64,000 bases of DNA from positions 14,150,389-14,214,388 of the forward strand of contig CM082580.2 in NCBI GenBank assembly GCA_040954595.2. The letters run 5' to 3'. The translations under genes were made by a program, and so were the position numbers. Position 1 is the stretch's first letter. Each line of letters opens with the position of its first letter. The notes beneath the pieces are model-generated. The model was not told where the DNA came from and searched no databases. It worked only from the letters and a program-made list of their open reading frames with translations. This DNA is from Balanoglossus misakiensis. Lineage: Eukaryota; Animalia; Hemichordata. Positions 27,401 through 41,298 of the stretch are shown one piece after another.

Positions 27401-28610
27401 GCGCATGGAAATTAAAATATTGCAGTTCTGGTTTCTAGGGCGGGTTAGCCGCGGTTATGATTAAAAACCAGTAAATGAAACTTCTCACCTGCGCTGTCTG
27501 GCTGAAAAGTTCACCTAATGCGTGAAATTGTACTTTTTAAACTAAGACTTGGAATTATTCCGACACAAAGATCAAGTGGTAGTGGGGTAGAGAGGCTGAG
27601 AGACAGATCGCCGGAGCTTTAATCACAGAAACTCAGTAGGCATCAATTTGTGACATGTTTTCGTTCAATTTAATCCCCGTTGGCAGGCCGTCATATTCGC
27701 GACCTCTGCCGCATTTTCCCACACTTCTTGAAACGACGTCTGAACGCGCACAACCGGAGTTTTCCCCCAAAGTCTGGGTTGCTGGAGACTCCGTCCACGG
27801 CAAAAAATATTTCAAGAATGCCAGGGTGGGCGACATTTCGGGGTTTCCCGCGAGCAGGGTAATCTGAATTTGGAGTATAGCATAGCGAATGTTTTGGCTG
27901 TGTTGTACTGTTGCGTGGTAACTTCGAATCCCGACATAGATTAACGCGTGGCCTTTCAATTACTGCAAAGTTTACTACTCCCTGTTTGCCACTCTGCCCG
28001 TTTCTTCTCTCGAAAATATGTGATCTAAAATTTTACCTTCAGCTCCAGTACGAAATTCGAAATTGGGAATTCGCAGTAATAAACGCTGCTTTGCCCAAAG
28101 GCTATGGTGTAGATTGCACCAAATGTGATATTAGATACGAAGGTGTAAGAAAGAACCAATTCAAAATAAACAAAGGACCTTAATTTCATTGCATTTCTAA
28201 ATCCAGGCCATCTCTGTCTGGTCTCAACTCGCTATTTTGGTATACTATAGGGAGGAAAACAACAAAATGTAGTTGATACGCAAAACAAAAATACTGAAAA
28301 AATAGCTTGAAGTTCAAGATGGTGTGTGTTTATTGATGGACAGCGTCAGTACTTGATGGGCATGATGGGTAATTTCGAGAAGACGATAAAAGGACAGACA
28401 TGCGAGACAGAATGAAATACGGGGACATAACCTGTGCTATCTCCAACTTGTCTGATCTGCCAGTAAATTCGCGAGAGTTACGAGCGCCAGCGGAGGCAGA
28501 GAAATAGTGAGTTTCACGATAGAATAAGGAATTTGCGGGTTGAAAGCTTGTAACATTCTTTTGAACGTCAGTAGAGTACCTGAGAAAATGTGGGATACAC
28601 GGAAAGAAAC

Positions 28611-28800
28611 AGGGAGAGACAGACTTTGACAGGTGACATGACAGACAGACAAGCAGGCAGATACGCACACACAGACAAACAGACATACAAACAGAGAGAG
28701 AGAGTCATTAAGAGGTATTTAGAAGTTTCTAATAAGTTGTAGATAGAAATACTAAAGCAAAAAACAAACAAACAAACAAACGAATAAGCAAACAAACAAA
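28611..28800. repeat. Low-complexity degenerate (AGAC)/(AG)/(AAAC) simple repeats
   Basis: Runs such as acagacagac, agagagagag and aaacaaacaaacaaacaaa. Confidence 0.7.
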
Positions 28801-31158
28801 TTGATGGAGAGGAAGAGACGCCGACAAAAAGCGCGCAATCTACAAAGAAAGGAAATGGTGGCGTCTTTCGGTGCGTTTGATTGTTGGGTTTGAAGTATCA
28901 TCCGTTTAAAATCACCGACGGATGTTAAGAAAGGATTAACGGTTCAGATCTCGGTCACAATCTTGTCAGGTGAGGTCATAAATCTGAAAGATATTGAGTC
29001 ACAATGAGGTACCTAACCCTAAAATTATCTCCACTCGTCGCCTTTTTAAACAATGAGAAATCACGACGAGACAAGGTCGGAAACACCAATCACGAATCCC
29101 CTTCAGGAATTATTGATTAAAACCAAGACAAGACAAAGTGGTTGGGGTTAATCCATCTGAAAGGTAAATATGTTTACACTTGTAGTAATGTCGAATTCGC
29201 CCCAGACAATGTGGCACCACGAATTTGTGACAAATGACAGTTTCCATGGTAGTTTATCCCTCAAATCCGGGGGATTATGCTTCGGTGACTTTGGTTCTAA
29301 TGAAATAACAATTATGGGAAGTTTTGTAGCATGTATATCTATGGGTCGTACTCTGACAGACATATTTCATCAGTTGTTTACACTCAGCGTGGGAAAAGAA
29401 AATCAAAGGAGACCCCGGATTAGATGTTGTTTGTCTTTGCAGAACCCTCTTGGCGAAACAAATTTTATCGGATGTAGTGAATTCAGACCAATTAATCTCC
29501 ATAAGTTCAAATACAATATCAACGATGGCTAGCCTCAATAAATCAATGTGGTTTTTTTTTCATTCGTACAGAATATATCAACTGCCATATATTTTCAGAT
29601 TTGAGCCAACTGAGATTTGCCGTCAAGAAGAGAATAAAACGTCTACAAACTGACCTTGATGTCGACTACAAAACAAACTAGTTGTTTGAGCATTGATTAG
29701 TACACGCAGAAAATCAACATGGAACATGTTGTCTAAAACAGAGTATGTCGCCTGGAAACACACAATCACAAGAAGAAGGAATTGGAATAATCATAATGAA
29801 AAAAAATTGAAAATTATAATTTCAAACTTTTCAGTTGTAAGGCTCATCTGGACACTATACTCGGTCTTTTTACATTTAGATTTAGCCTTTAATATTTTCA
29901 CTAAAATACGATGCTTTTGGAATAAAATGATAATTATTAATTTATTGGAATTTTCTAATTTCGACGTTTCAGGCGTTTCCATTAATACAGAACCATGTTG
30001 CTATGTTAACTGATCCTTCTGCGGTAAATTGACAATGCTATTATTCTGGGCGGTCCCTCTGAACTAAACACCTGTGCGTAGATTTTGCTTCCTATTGTGT
30101 GTGTTTACAGTGTAAATGAAAAATTGGAAAGCTGGAGTGGGCTCAATATCAACAAAACTCAACTATGCAAACCGCGTAATGTCGTCACGGTTGAGCGATT
30201 TTTTGTTTCACAAAACTAACCAATTTTAAAATCACATGAACCATTATCTTAAGAGCCGGTTCATCTACTCTCAAAACGTTGCACAAAACCCACGTGCACC
30301 AACCGGTTGAACAGTTTTACTTTACGCCTCTCATGTGAGAAAATCAACGTGCTAAACTCGATGACTTCAATGTATTTCTATATTCACGAATGAAAGACTT
30401 CACACCCTCCTGATATTATATCTTCATGACAGTAAACTGAACGTTATCGAGCATGTTACAAATCAGTGCACACTATCCTTAGAGTCTCAAACCACTCTTA
30501 ATATAATGTTCAAGTTGACGGAGAAAACATTAATGTGGTTGGTAACATCCAATAAAATAAGCAAACTCTATAACCCAACCCTTTTCGTGGAATATGAACA
30601 ACTTTTTCCTGGTTGAATTTTTCAGTTACCATTCAACAATTTCAAATGAAATAAAACATTTTATACGATTCTCCCGTAAATAATTACAACTGTCGGTCAA
30701 CTTAGTGAGCATGACTTTTTAACCTTTTGCGCTCGTTTTGTATATTTTCGGCATAAATTTTATGCAACAATTTTAAGTGGAAGTACAGATGCATTGATAC
30801 ATAGATACTTCTATGTTAGTTCTGTCTGGATGGGTTGAAGGTCACATCAAATTGGCACTCTATGGAGAAACATTGAACTTGGTGGCTGATGAATATTTGA
30901 AATATGTGACCATTCGCTGCCACGGTGCTGATACAAACTAGTAGTTACAAAGATAGTCTGTGCTGACATCGACGCGCAGTTCTTTATTTCCATATTATAT
31001 CACCACCAACAGAGAAAATATTTCAAATACAGCCCGCCCACAGGTTAACATTGAAATAACTATACAGCTTGAGTCTAAGCGGATATTTATTTTCACAATT
31101 TGCTGTAATGGATGATGTCCTCTCCTTTTCCACCACACACAATCCTTTCCCGACAATG

Positions 31159-31184
31159 TCTATCTATCTATCTATCTATCTATC
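31159..31184. repeat. Short (TCTA)n microsatellite
   Basis: About six perfect TCTA units. Confidence 0.85.
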
Positions 31185-34100
31185 AAACAACTCACAAACT
31201 CAGGTGATGTACAACTTGAAACAGAGGCGAAGTTATCAGTTGCGAAAAATGTAACTGTTTTACGTGAGTGTGGTCGTGTGAAAGTATACAGATTATCGTA
31301 CCGTAAACCGAAAACAACTCAATCTAAATGTAAACTTCTTTAAGCAACACGAGATGTCACGGACTCGATCTCAAAAATGTAAAGAGGTTCTGTTAAAGTG
31401 ATCATCGTCATTATTTTGGGTGTTATAAAAAACATATCAACCGGTGAGAGAAAAAAGGGAAGGGCGGGCGAGAAGACACGGTGTGCCTAAAGCTTGGAAC
31501 ACCCACAATTTGTTTATTTACAAACTGCCGTGATTGCAACCAACCGAGGATGGGAATTGGAGCTGGCTGAAAAACTTAGCGGGATATGCGTGGCTTCGGC
31601 ACGTACTGACGCCGAGATGTCTGCTGATTTACGTGCTAAAGAAAAGAAACAACCGCCAATCATGTCACGATGTTGATAGGGAACAGACCTTGATCGTTTT
31701 GGTCTGATAATAATCGAAAGGGGTCCCCGACAGTGTGATCGCGACGACTGGCGTTTTCGTCGCTGAACAAAAGTTGAATGAGAAGTATCTTTCAAAAAAT
31801 GACATGTCATTTTTCAGAGGCTTGTGTTTTACAGGAAAGTTATACCGATTCGTGGGTAGTTTATGATAGTGCCATCTGACTGGACGCGAACTGATATTAA
31901 CGCAACACTAATAGTAAAGTAAAATGCATTTTCGCGCAAGTTAAAATGATAAAAACTGGCAAAATCCACCAAGCCACAATGCACAGGTAACTTTACCACC
32001 ACAAACACCAGCTCACTTAAAGGACCAATGGTTGCATTGGAAATCCAGAAAGGTAATACGTATTCCAATGTATTTGTCGTGGATAGTGAAAAAGTAACAA
32101 CCGAGTAATGATTAAAAAACAACAACAAGTATCTTGCCACAAAACAGCACAATATTGTCTATGCTCGATATCTCACAGTCACAACAGGGGCCCCTATGTA
32201 CCTCACAGCTTCGTGATTCACTTCAGAAAATTGAATGGATAATTTTAACAGATGTTTTGTGCCGGTAGTGAGTTCATTTGAAAACATTCACCGAATTGAC
32301 TCCCCGGACAGTGGTTGTTTTCACTCCAAACATGTCAATATATTGAATTATTTTTCCACCCTTCAAAGACCCAAACGGAGTTGGCTGTGTCTTTTCACGT
32401 AATTGTCATGATTTCTGATTCAAACTAAAGATACGTCATGTTTTTGTGCCAACTGAGAGATGTGTGTCTACTGGGTATACACTTTTCAGTAAATCTTGCG
32501 CGCACCCTCAAAGCCTTACTCTCTGTGAAAAGAAATTAAAGAAACCGCTGCGTGTTTTTCTTCTGAAATTATCGATATTTTGGATTTTTAAAGTAGCCTT
32601 CTTTTGTTTTCGCCCTGTAACAAAAGGAAGCCCTACCCAAGTACGAATTTCAGTCTGAAAGAATGTTTCTAGAGCAGAGACACAGGTATGACATGGTTTG
32701 TCAGCAGTCTCATTCGATTGTCTTTCGGTATGCGCGTCACTGCGTTCATGAAGCTCCTATAGAAACCAACAAAACATCGATGAAAAACGAACTCTGAAGT
32801 TGTTCTTCAAGTGTCTACACATGTTGCGGCCTGTCACTCTTGACGGTGATTGAGAATGGTTAAATCGGCACTCGTTGCATGTTGCAGACGGACAAATGTC
32901 ATGAAATGTGAAGAGTTTTGACCGTTTTTAACCTGGGACCGGGTTGTCTCTCTCTCTGCCTTATCATTGATGATAAACGATGGACGATGGGTTGACTTTG
33001 AATTCCAACTTCCATGGCACGTGGCACGCATGAACTACAAAGTCGCGCCAACCTTTAGTCTAGAGGCAGATTGGTCACCATAGTGGGTTGGCACAACCGC
33101 CACAAAACCATCAAAGCCCTAACCTTACATCAACGGTTTGTATTTTGAAGTTCACACGTCTTTCAAACATGACATGACACAAATATGGGTCAATATCAAA
33201 AGGGGTCAACACAAACTCAGGGTCAATATAATGGATTTAAGAGGTCAATCCAACAACTAAAAAAACCTGAGAATTTCCCACCGAATTAAATTCGAAAATT
33301 AACTTGAAGTCGATCACATGGAAATGCGATTAATTGTAAAATTCGCTTTTAATGCCCTGCTTTTCGTTGGGTTTTGTTATTTCCTGGGCGACTTTCCGTT
33401 TTAATACTTAAGTAGGACAACATAGTCAAGTTTGAAATCCTGCTTCCAAGGAAAACGATCGCCTCATTCCAGTGAAACCAGCAAAATCATCTGCCAGTCG
33501 TATATTAAACTTCGTTTTCGTGTGTCGCGCAATTTCCGTGTCAAACAACATAAATAGAGTGATCGTGGCCAATATAAGTAAAGAATCATCTAGAAAGACG
33601 GAAAAACGCAGCGTAAACTTCAGCCTGGGTTCTACACGTATGTCAAAAAGGATCAAAAGTAAACTTTACTTGGGAAGTTAAGAAACGCTCGTTAGTTTCT
33701 GTGTGAAGGATACTTTGGCTGTCATATGCAGTGACAATGTAAACGCGCGCACAGGTAATCCTGTTTCGAACAGGTGGGTGCGGACGACACAAGAGGCGAA
33801 ACAACGAATATTCGACAAGTTTGCCGTGAAGTTGTCTAAAACTGGGTCTAGATCGTAGCTAATAATTGGAGATATTCGTAGACATACGCAATGTCATATT
33901 TTCGCGTTGATTATACAGATAGTAGTATTAAGAAGAGTACAACATCATCGGTGCGGTTCGGTTTGGCGCTATCGGCAGCCAGGTTACCGTTAACTACAAC
34001 CACGCGTGTCATGAGTGAACGACAAAGTCAAAATTCAAATTATCCTAGTACATCAGCATGTCAACGATATCAAAAACCAATAATCAACAATAATCTTTAG

Positions 34101-35130
34101 GTAAAAAACTGATAGTTTAATCCAATTCAAGTTTGGAAATAAATTACCAACGCGGGCTGTGAACAGTTGACTTAATCATATCTCAGACTGATAGCTTTCT
34201 TTTAGAAAACCATGAGCCTCCCATGGTACTGAAGTTTATCTTGTCTTGTTGTTTTGTTGATTTATTCAAAACAGTTCGGCAAAAACTCGCCATATATTCG
34301 AATTTAGATTCCCAGACACCTCCGGAAATGTGAGTTTTACTGTACACACATTGTGAGGGTCGGTTAAGTTTGGGAAAGAATATAAATCAAGTCTCCTTGT
34401 CGTCTGCTAAGTCGACAGGCGCCAAAATGACCGCATGCACAAAATCTTTATCAGACCGATAGACATTTACCAATTTTTTTCCACTGAAGACGTCTAACCT
34501 GTCCATCAAATCATTCACCTTCTGACAAAATTGTCTTTTCAATTTTTACAAGATCTCTCCGCCGAAAGGTGGATTTCACAAAGTTCCTTAATTTGAAGTG
34601 GTTGGAATAATTACTTGTAATCTGGTTGAATGTATCTGGGTTTTTTTTCTGAGCAACATTGTGGTTTTATTCGGGAGTTTTAAACTTTAGTTACGTATAT
34701 CCTTATAGTGCACGGTTCAGCTTGTTTCAGCAATTATCGAATTGACATGCGAGGTACATTAGATGTTCAGAAGGTATACCTTAAGTCCTAAATGTTAGCC
34801 CCTATTAAATAGTCCCTTCAATCAAAGTTTAGAGTTTATGCTTTAATTTAAAGCTTGTCAGTGAAAAAAAAACAAGGGGCTGTTTTATCGAAGTGGACTC
34901 TGTCCTTCAAAGATGACAAAGAAAGACATATATTCCGCGATGGATGAAAACAACTGTCATTTTAACAATCGTTTGCAGACCTTCGCAGGTACTCTGTAAA
35001 ATACGACCTTTAGAGAATACAGATTGCGTATCTACGCCAAGTAAAAGTCTAACAGGAATTTTGCGTTTCTAAGAGTTTCTCCTATTTGTCCTTGTGTTGT
35101 TGGAAAATAACACACCACTTTAGACTTTTG

Positions 35131-35163
35131 GCCAATACCTGGCCATCTCAGCAGTCCAATCAG
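35131..35163 (+). promoter_or_regulatory. Paired CCAAT boxes, candidate Twist promoter
   Basis: GCCAAT at 35131-35136 and TCCAATCAG at 35155-35163, ~750 bp upstream of the ATG. A possible 5'-UTR acceptor ttttatttttAG ends at 35512. Confidence 0.3.
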
Positions 35164-35907
35164 GCGGTGTCATTGTGAGGGCTATTTTGATTGATGCACT
35201 GTTTGTTATGATATTGCTTTACAGTGAGATCCTAATCTCAACAAGGGGACAGAGCATGCCCACAATTTGCCGTCTAGTTTACTGCAGTTACTCCCTCTGG
35301 GACAAGTCGAGGTTCTTCTTGAGTGGAATCTTATACATTACTTTCAGCGGGATCAATTTATCACGGGATTACTTTTCTTGTAAATTATTATAAATTACTG
35401 CAGGGAACGTACGTTTTCCATGGGATAACAGTTATGCAGATACAATTGCCTAGAGTAATGGAAGTATTTACCATGGGTGGGTATCATTGAATAAACATTT
35501 GTTTTATTTTAGGTGCTGTACAGTTCGAAATTTCAACGGAATTCTCCGGCGTCCCCAACGCACGACGCCAAATAGTCAGCGCTAAAAATACACTGATTTC
35601 GTCGACGGTACCTTTCCGGCGGTACCGAGTACTTTGGTTCCCGTGGTGGTGTCACTTATTAACCGGAACAGCTAATACATGAGTGATTGACATGCGGGCT
35701 GGGGCTAACGGGGTTTCACAGTGTGCGTGGTCACTCCCTGAACAACTGCCAAGGAGCTGAAGCAACACTTATCATCAGCAGTTCAAATACGACTCAACTG
35801 CACGAGTTCCATCAGTTACGTGAGTGTACTCCTTCCGGTAAAGTTCAGCGACCATCACTTCTGAGTCTGTGTGGTGTCTTTACATTCACATCAAAAGAAG
35901 ATTGGTC

Positions 35908-36471
35908 ATGGATGTAATGCAGTCGATACACCATCATCCTCAGTCCATGGATGACAGCGATAGTAGTTTCAGTGGCAGTCTCAACACATCGCCACTGCCT
36001 CACGATCTCTACAGCGAAGATAACGCCGACTACTACAAGGACAAGCCGCACCATCATCCGCGGAAACGACGGTACAGGAAATCGGGCGGAGATGCGGGAG
36101 ATGACGGCGGGAAGCTGAGGCGAAAACACGTCCCGCCGCAGTCGTTCGAGGAACTCCAGAACCAACGGTGCATGGCCAACGTGCGAGAGAGGCAGCGTAC
36201 CCAGTCGCTCAACGAAGCATTCTCCGCACTGAGGAAGATCATTCCAACCCTGCCATCGGACAAACTTAGTAAAATTCAGACACTTAAACTGGCGTCCAGA
36301 TACATAGACTTCTTGTTTCAAGTGCTGAGGAGCGATGAGGTAGACACGAGGCTGAACATGCCAGCCAGCTGCAGTTATGTCGCTCACGAGAGACTCAGTT
36401 ACGCCTTCTCTGTGTGGAGGATGGAAGGAGCGTGGAATATGTCGACCAGCCACGGTAACTCGCACCGATAA
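35908..36471 (+). CDS. twist: Twist bHLH transcription factor (uninterrupted CDS, 187 aa)
   Basis: b[54 protein letters not shown], preceded by PQSFEELQ and followed by the WR/Twist box [19 protein letters not shown] at 35908, TAA at 36471. Confidence 0.98.
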   Translation: MDVMQSIHHHPQSMDDSDSSFSGSLNTSPLPHDLYSEDNADYYKDKPHHHPRKRRYRKSGGDAGDDGGKLRRKHVPPQSFEELQNQRCMANVRERQRTQSLNEAFSALRKIIPTLPSDKLSKIQTLKLASRYIDFLFQVLRSDEVDTRLNMPASCSYVAHERLSYAFSVWRMEGAWNMSTSHGNSHR

Positions 36472-39400
36472 CACCGAGAAGCATCGTTCATCATTCCCTC
36501 TTATCACAGGTAACGGCAAATATGTCACCAGATTTCTGCTTCTCTAAAGTGATCTCGAGCGGCACGCTCGTTCAAAAAACGGGGTATCTAACGTTAACGG
36601 TGCTAGGACACCGCCCTGTCAGGTATGTTTGAACGTGCCGCTTAATACGGGGGATTCCAACTTGAAAAGGAGTTAATCTGTTTTATTAACTGTTTAGGTT
36701 AGAGGTTACAATTGTCAAAAGGGGTTTCTGAGTAAATAACAACCCCAAACGCGCAGGCTATTCTGTGGACTTGCCCCTCTGTAAGTAACCACCTCAAAAA
36801 CAACGCACAGCCGATTCTGCCAGCTTGCCCACTTTTATTTACGACGCGGCCGCCTGGCTTCCGCACAAATCACAGAACAACATCAGGCAAAACATATCGT
36901 AACCTAAAACCGGGACAATGTCGGCCCGCCTCGATCTCTCTTCGCAGGAAACCGGCGCCGCTGTACACTTCATAAACATTGATACTTCTTCATTAGGCGA
37001 TGTTTAATAGCGACCTGTCCAGTCCAATTTCCCTTTCTTCAAGATCTGCCTGCCAGTGATGTTTCGTCGGCGGCGTGACTCAACTGTGGTTTGCCGCGGG
37101 TGTCGTCTGTGCGGGGCGGGAGAGTTTGGATTCCCTCCGTTTATTCCCGGCGCGAAAAGTTTGTTTTTGCATCAAGCGCAGATTTACGAGTTGTTCCTAT
37201 CGGTCTTGGTCACTCAGAAGCTTGGTCGCCAACCTTCATAAAAACCGTGTAAACTTGCAGGCAATTTAGGCCTTATAATCTATATTCTGGTTTTAGTAAC
37301 CCGATCACTGATGACATGAGAACTGCCCTGCGTTGTGTCACAGACCCGAAAAGCCAGACACCCGCGGTAATGTCTGGACTTTTTATTCAGTCGATTGGCC
37401 AACTGGTTCTTTCGTCGTCCATGGTCTCTCCGGGTCGGATTTTTAATCATATCTTCTGACAGACAACTGGAGCGTAAGTTAACAGGTTGGAAATCTGTTC
37501 TCCACAAAATGTCCATGCATGTCCGAGTTGGCAGAGTTCTTGCGCGCGAGCGTGTTTAGTTGAAATAATTGAGTGCGATCTTCGGGAGAATCCAGATTGC
37601 TGTTGGTAGCGACGTCAGGGTGAAGCTGGACAACCCGGCCAGACAAAATGGCGCCGAGTTTTCATTACACCACCAGGGGTTTTCCCAGCTTCCAAAATAC
37701 CTTTTGCTCACCAGCGACCGCTTCCATCACCTTTCGCAATGTCCTACTGTGCCAACAGAGTGTAAGAATATCGAATTTGACGATAAAACAAGAAGATTTC
37801 GAAAACAGTCTAGTCGCATTAGCTCAAGGGAGTAACTCTGTTGGAATCGTCTAACTTCGATGTTGGATACTTGCGCACTTCAGACGTTTTCAGACAGCTT
37901 CTCTGTCCGCTTAGACAAAGTATACACTGGTGGTCATATGAATGATTGCCTGGTTTTGATACCAATTTCGAAATACTCTTTCACGGTTACTGAACGAGAT
38001 AGGTGACGTGACAGAACGACTTTCTGAATAGTTTCGCACCAAATTCTTTTATATTGCGCTTATAGTCCGATAGATCGTCTTCTCTTTGCAGCTTTTCTTC
38101 AATTGAGAATATTCAAACTTGATATCGTGCGATGCAGTGAACACTAGGCTCCGCACACTGCGCGAAATGTGTTTTCGATTCCGATTTTTTCGAGAGGAAC
38201 TGTCGGCAGATCTTCAAGTTGTGTCGTTGAAATCTCGACGAAGCGTTTACAGCCGAGAGAGATGATGTGACGATGAATGATAGCAGCAGCTGTGGCTAGT
38301 CGTTTGTGTATGCATTTGATATACAACCAATATGTCAAACAAGCAGGGCAACATAAACCATCTCGCTCCAGAAATAAACTGTGGCCAACAAATACTCATT
38401 TTTCATGACTTTTTGTTTTAAAGATGACGTAAACACAGGGTCACTTTTACCCATTTTTATTGAGGTCGTCAAGTATCGGTCTCTTTGGTGACATTGTCAC
38501 AGAAGGATCGGCACTACTCTTGTCCCGGCCGAAACGAGGACCGAAACTTCCCGACGAGCAAAAAAATGTATATTTTCCTTCACACCTAATGGGTCGTGGC
38601 TTGTTTTCATCCAGTTGTGTTAATGCATTGGTTTTGTGAGTTGAAAGTACTGCTCACACGGTCAGAGTGATTGACATTTTGGGCTGTTCACAAAAACTCG
38701 CTCTGAATTACTAAACGAAAGTGCCTCTGCACTTGTTAGGGGTTTTCTCTCGCGATGAGCTCTCGGACACGTCGATTAAAATTATGAAAATTGTCGGTAA
38801 TTGGTTTGTAAGTTATTTGCTTAAGCTTTGCTCAAGTACCACTCCTTGCTATTTCCGTGGAGCGTTTACATTAAATTTGCCGGTTATTATCGAGTTATTT
38901 ATACCATCGAGATATTCTTTTATCGTCACATATTCGCTGCTGTCTCTACCACGCTGCATTAAAAGTTTTAAAACCGCGTAAGACAACAGTGAGATTTCTC
39001 GAGTAACCAAGAAACGACGATAGAAATTTAACGAATGATCGAAATGTCGCCGGCCGACAGCCACGGACACAGTCCAAGCATAAGCGGACTTGTATCAAGT
39101 TCACCCATCAGTGTTGTAAAATTTCTGATCCGGTAATTGATTGGGCTTTTAGCGGGATAAATAAATCTGCTACCTTGGCCTTCGTTTTATTGGCCCCGGG
39201 GGCTTGAAAAACAATCAACCAATGTGTCCAAAGGGGGCTGTCGTGTTTTTATTGCGATTATGAGGTACAGATCGATGTTCATGGTCGAGGGGGTGGTCAA
39301 CCCTCTGCTGCGAGGACCCTCTACAGACTCTGATGTAGTGTAACGGACACTACTCTTGTCAATTTTGCCTAAAACACGTTAGTGCACATCGTTAGTTCAA

Positions 39401-39595
39401 AATTCGGAATGTGTCGCTGTCTTTTCGTATTTATATTTATGTGTTACCACATATTTGCCATTTACGCTTAAAATGCACAGCACATGTTGACGTAGAAAAT
39501 GTACCTATGTGTCTAATCAAGAAATGGTTCTTGACTACATAGATCCACAAAATGTAACGTGGTTTGTCTTTTTGTTTCTTTTCTCCCTATCACAG

Positions 39596-40500
39596 AGCTT
39601 TCTTTATCCTTGCGCGGCGTGAGAGACCCGAACGCTAACTTCGAGTTCCGACCAGTTTCTGCCGCCGCCAGCACTGAGACGACTCCTGCCACGGCGTGAG
39701 GTGCAAACGCAGGAAAAGGTTTTCGCCGCTGCGCTCTCTTGGACGCTGACAACAAGGAAAGGCGCGTCGAAGTTTTTGGGAGTCGCCGGATTCGTGATGC
39801 GGTGTTCTGAGGTGAACATGGTGTACCTTGTTTGGTCGTGACCGGCGCGCTGTTAATTTTAGGGTTGCCGAAGTTGAGACTTTGCTGTCGTCTGCACCGA
39901 GATATAACAAGTCATCGCCACACTTCAAACCGATGGATGTACAACGCCAAAAATGTCTCTTGCGCTCATTTATACTTTTTAAATTTGTTTTATTTTTTCT
40001 CTTTTGCAATATCAAGTTTATTCTTCTCTGTAATCATGGGTGTCTAGCAATGTTTATCACGTGACTTCACGCAGTTTGCTTGTCCGTTTTCTTTCCCACA
40101 CATTTCGAAATGTTTTGTTCGAAGTTCAATTTTCTCTGGTTTATGGATGTTTATGTTGTAGCCTACTCGAGCTTTAGCTGAAGTAGTGTACGGTTTACTC
40201 TGGGATTTCTGTTAAATCCGAGTCAATCGCTCTCCTTAATAGAGCAAAAAAAATAAGCAGCCAGACTTGTCTGTACATCTATATTGATCGTGATGTCTGG
40301 TGGGTCAAAGTTCAAAAGTCAAGTGAATGAATTGGTGGAAAAACAGGGTCAAGTGCCATAGATTTTGCCCAACAATACGACAGTGTATCTTTCAAATAAT
40401 GTGGGCAAACACCGTCGCCTCGCCATGAATCGATAAAACATATATATTCAGAAAAATAATCTCAACAGACGCATATTCAAGCAATAAAAGTTTTTGTCTG
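39596..40500 (+). other. twist: Candidate non-coding terminal (3'-UTR) exon of Twist
   Basis: Donor CAG|GTAACG at 36510, 38 nt after the stop. A very strong pyrimidine tract ends cacAG at 39595, followed by a U-rich region and AATAAA at 40483. Weaker alternative acceptors at 36947 and 38091. Confidence 0.4.
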
Positions 40501-41181
40501 TAGTTTGACAGGGTAAGCTTATCTGATCATGGTTGTTCGCATGCAGATGTACTGTATTTCCCCCATAAAAGTTGAATTCCTTTTTCGTGTAGTCCCCAGA
40601 CCAACAGTCAGTTGCAATTATTAGGAAATATCGATTTTTGAACTCTTTAAACGTTTTACCCCAAAATCACATGAATGTGCGAAATTCCATTTTACTTCAG
40701 GTAAGAGACCAAAAACAGAATTTGAAAATTCAGAACAACTATTTGATCAAAGCTCTGGTAAATGTGCATTGAACGATCGTGACCCGTTCAGATTTTGATA
40801 ACAAGGGCCACCGTCTGACTGAACTACGTAGGCAATAGTCATTTTGCCATGACGACGAAGCATAAAAGTTCACGGACCTTTCCTCAAAAGCGATGAAGCT
40901 CGCCATATATACATTTTACAAACGTGATAAAGCACATGTCTTTAGGTTGATGTGACAATGGATGACGTCGTTACTAAGGCTCTGATCAGATCTTGAGCAC
41001 GAAGCCTTCGTCGAGTACAAACTTACTGTTTTACAGTGTTAGTGTAATTTAAAGATTATATTTTCTGCAATCAATTTTATCTAGGCAGTTTTGTGAATTC
41101 CTTCACGTGCCATTTCAAGTTAACCGTTTCAATAAACTTAAAAGTTATACTTTTGAATTTAAGTATGCACGTTGCGTATTC

Positions 41182-41298
41182 TATGTATGTATGTATGTAT
41201 GTATGTATGTATGTATGTATGTATGTATGTATGTATGTATGTATGTATGTATGTATGTATGTATGTATGTATGTATGTATGTATGTATGTATGTATGT
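41182..41298. repeat. (TATG)n microsatellite, ~29 units
   Basis: Perfect run, read directly. Confidence 0.97.

Noticed and set aside
35845-36528. 227-aa minus-strand ORF
   Set aside because: Antisense shadow of the Twist CDS with no recognisable domain.
39828-40064. RRAVNFRVAEVETLL, faintly like a Harbinger Myb/SANT N-terminus
   Set aside because: The similarity does not continue, no TIRs or transposase are nearby, and it lies in the candidate Twist 3'-UTR exon.
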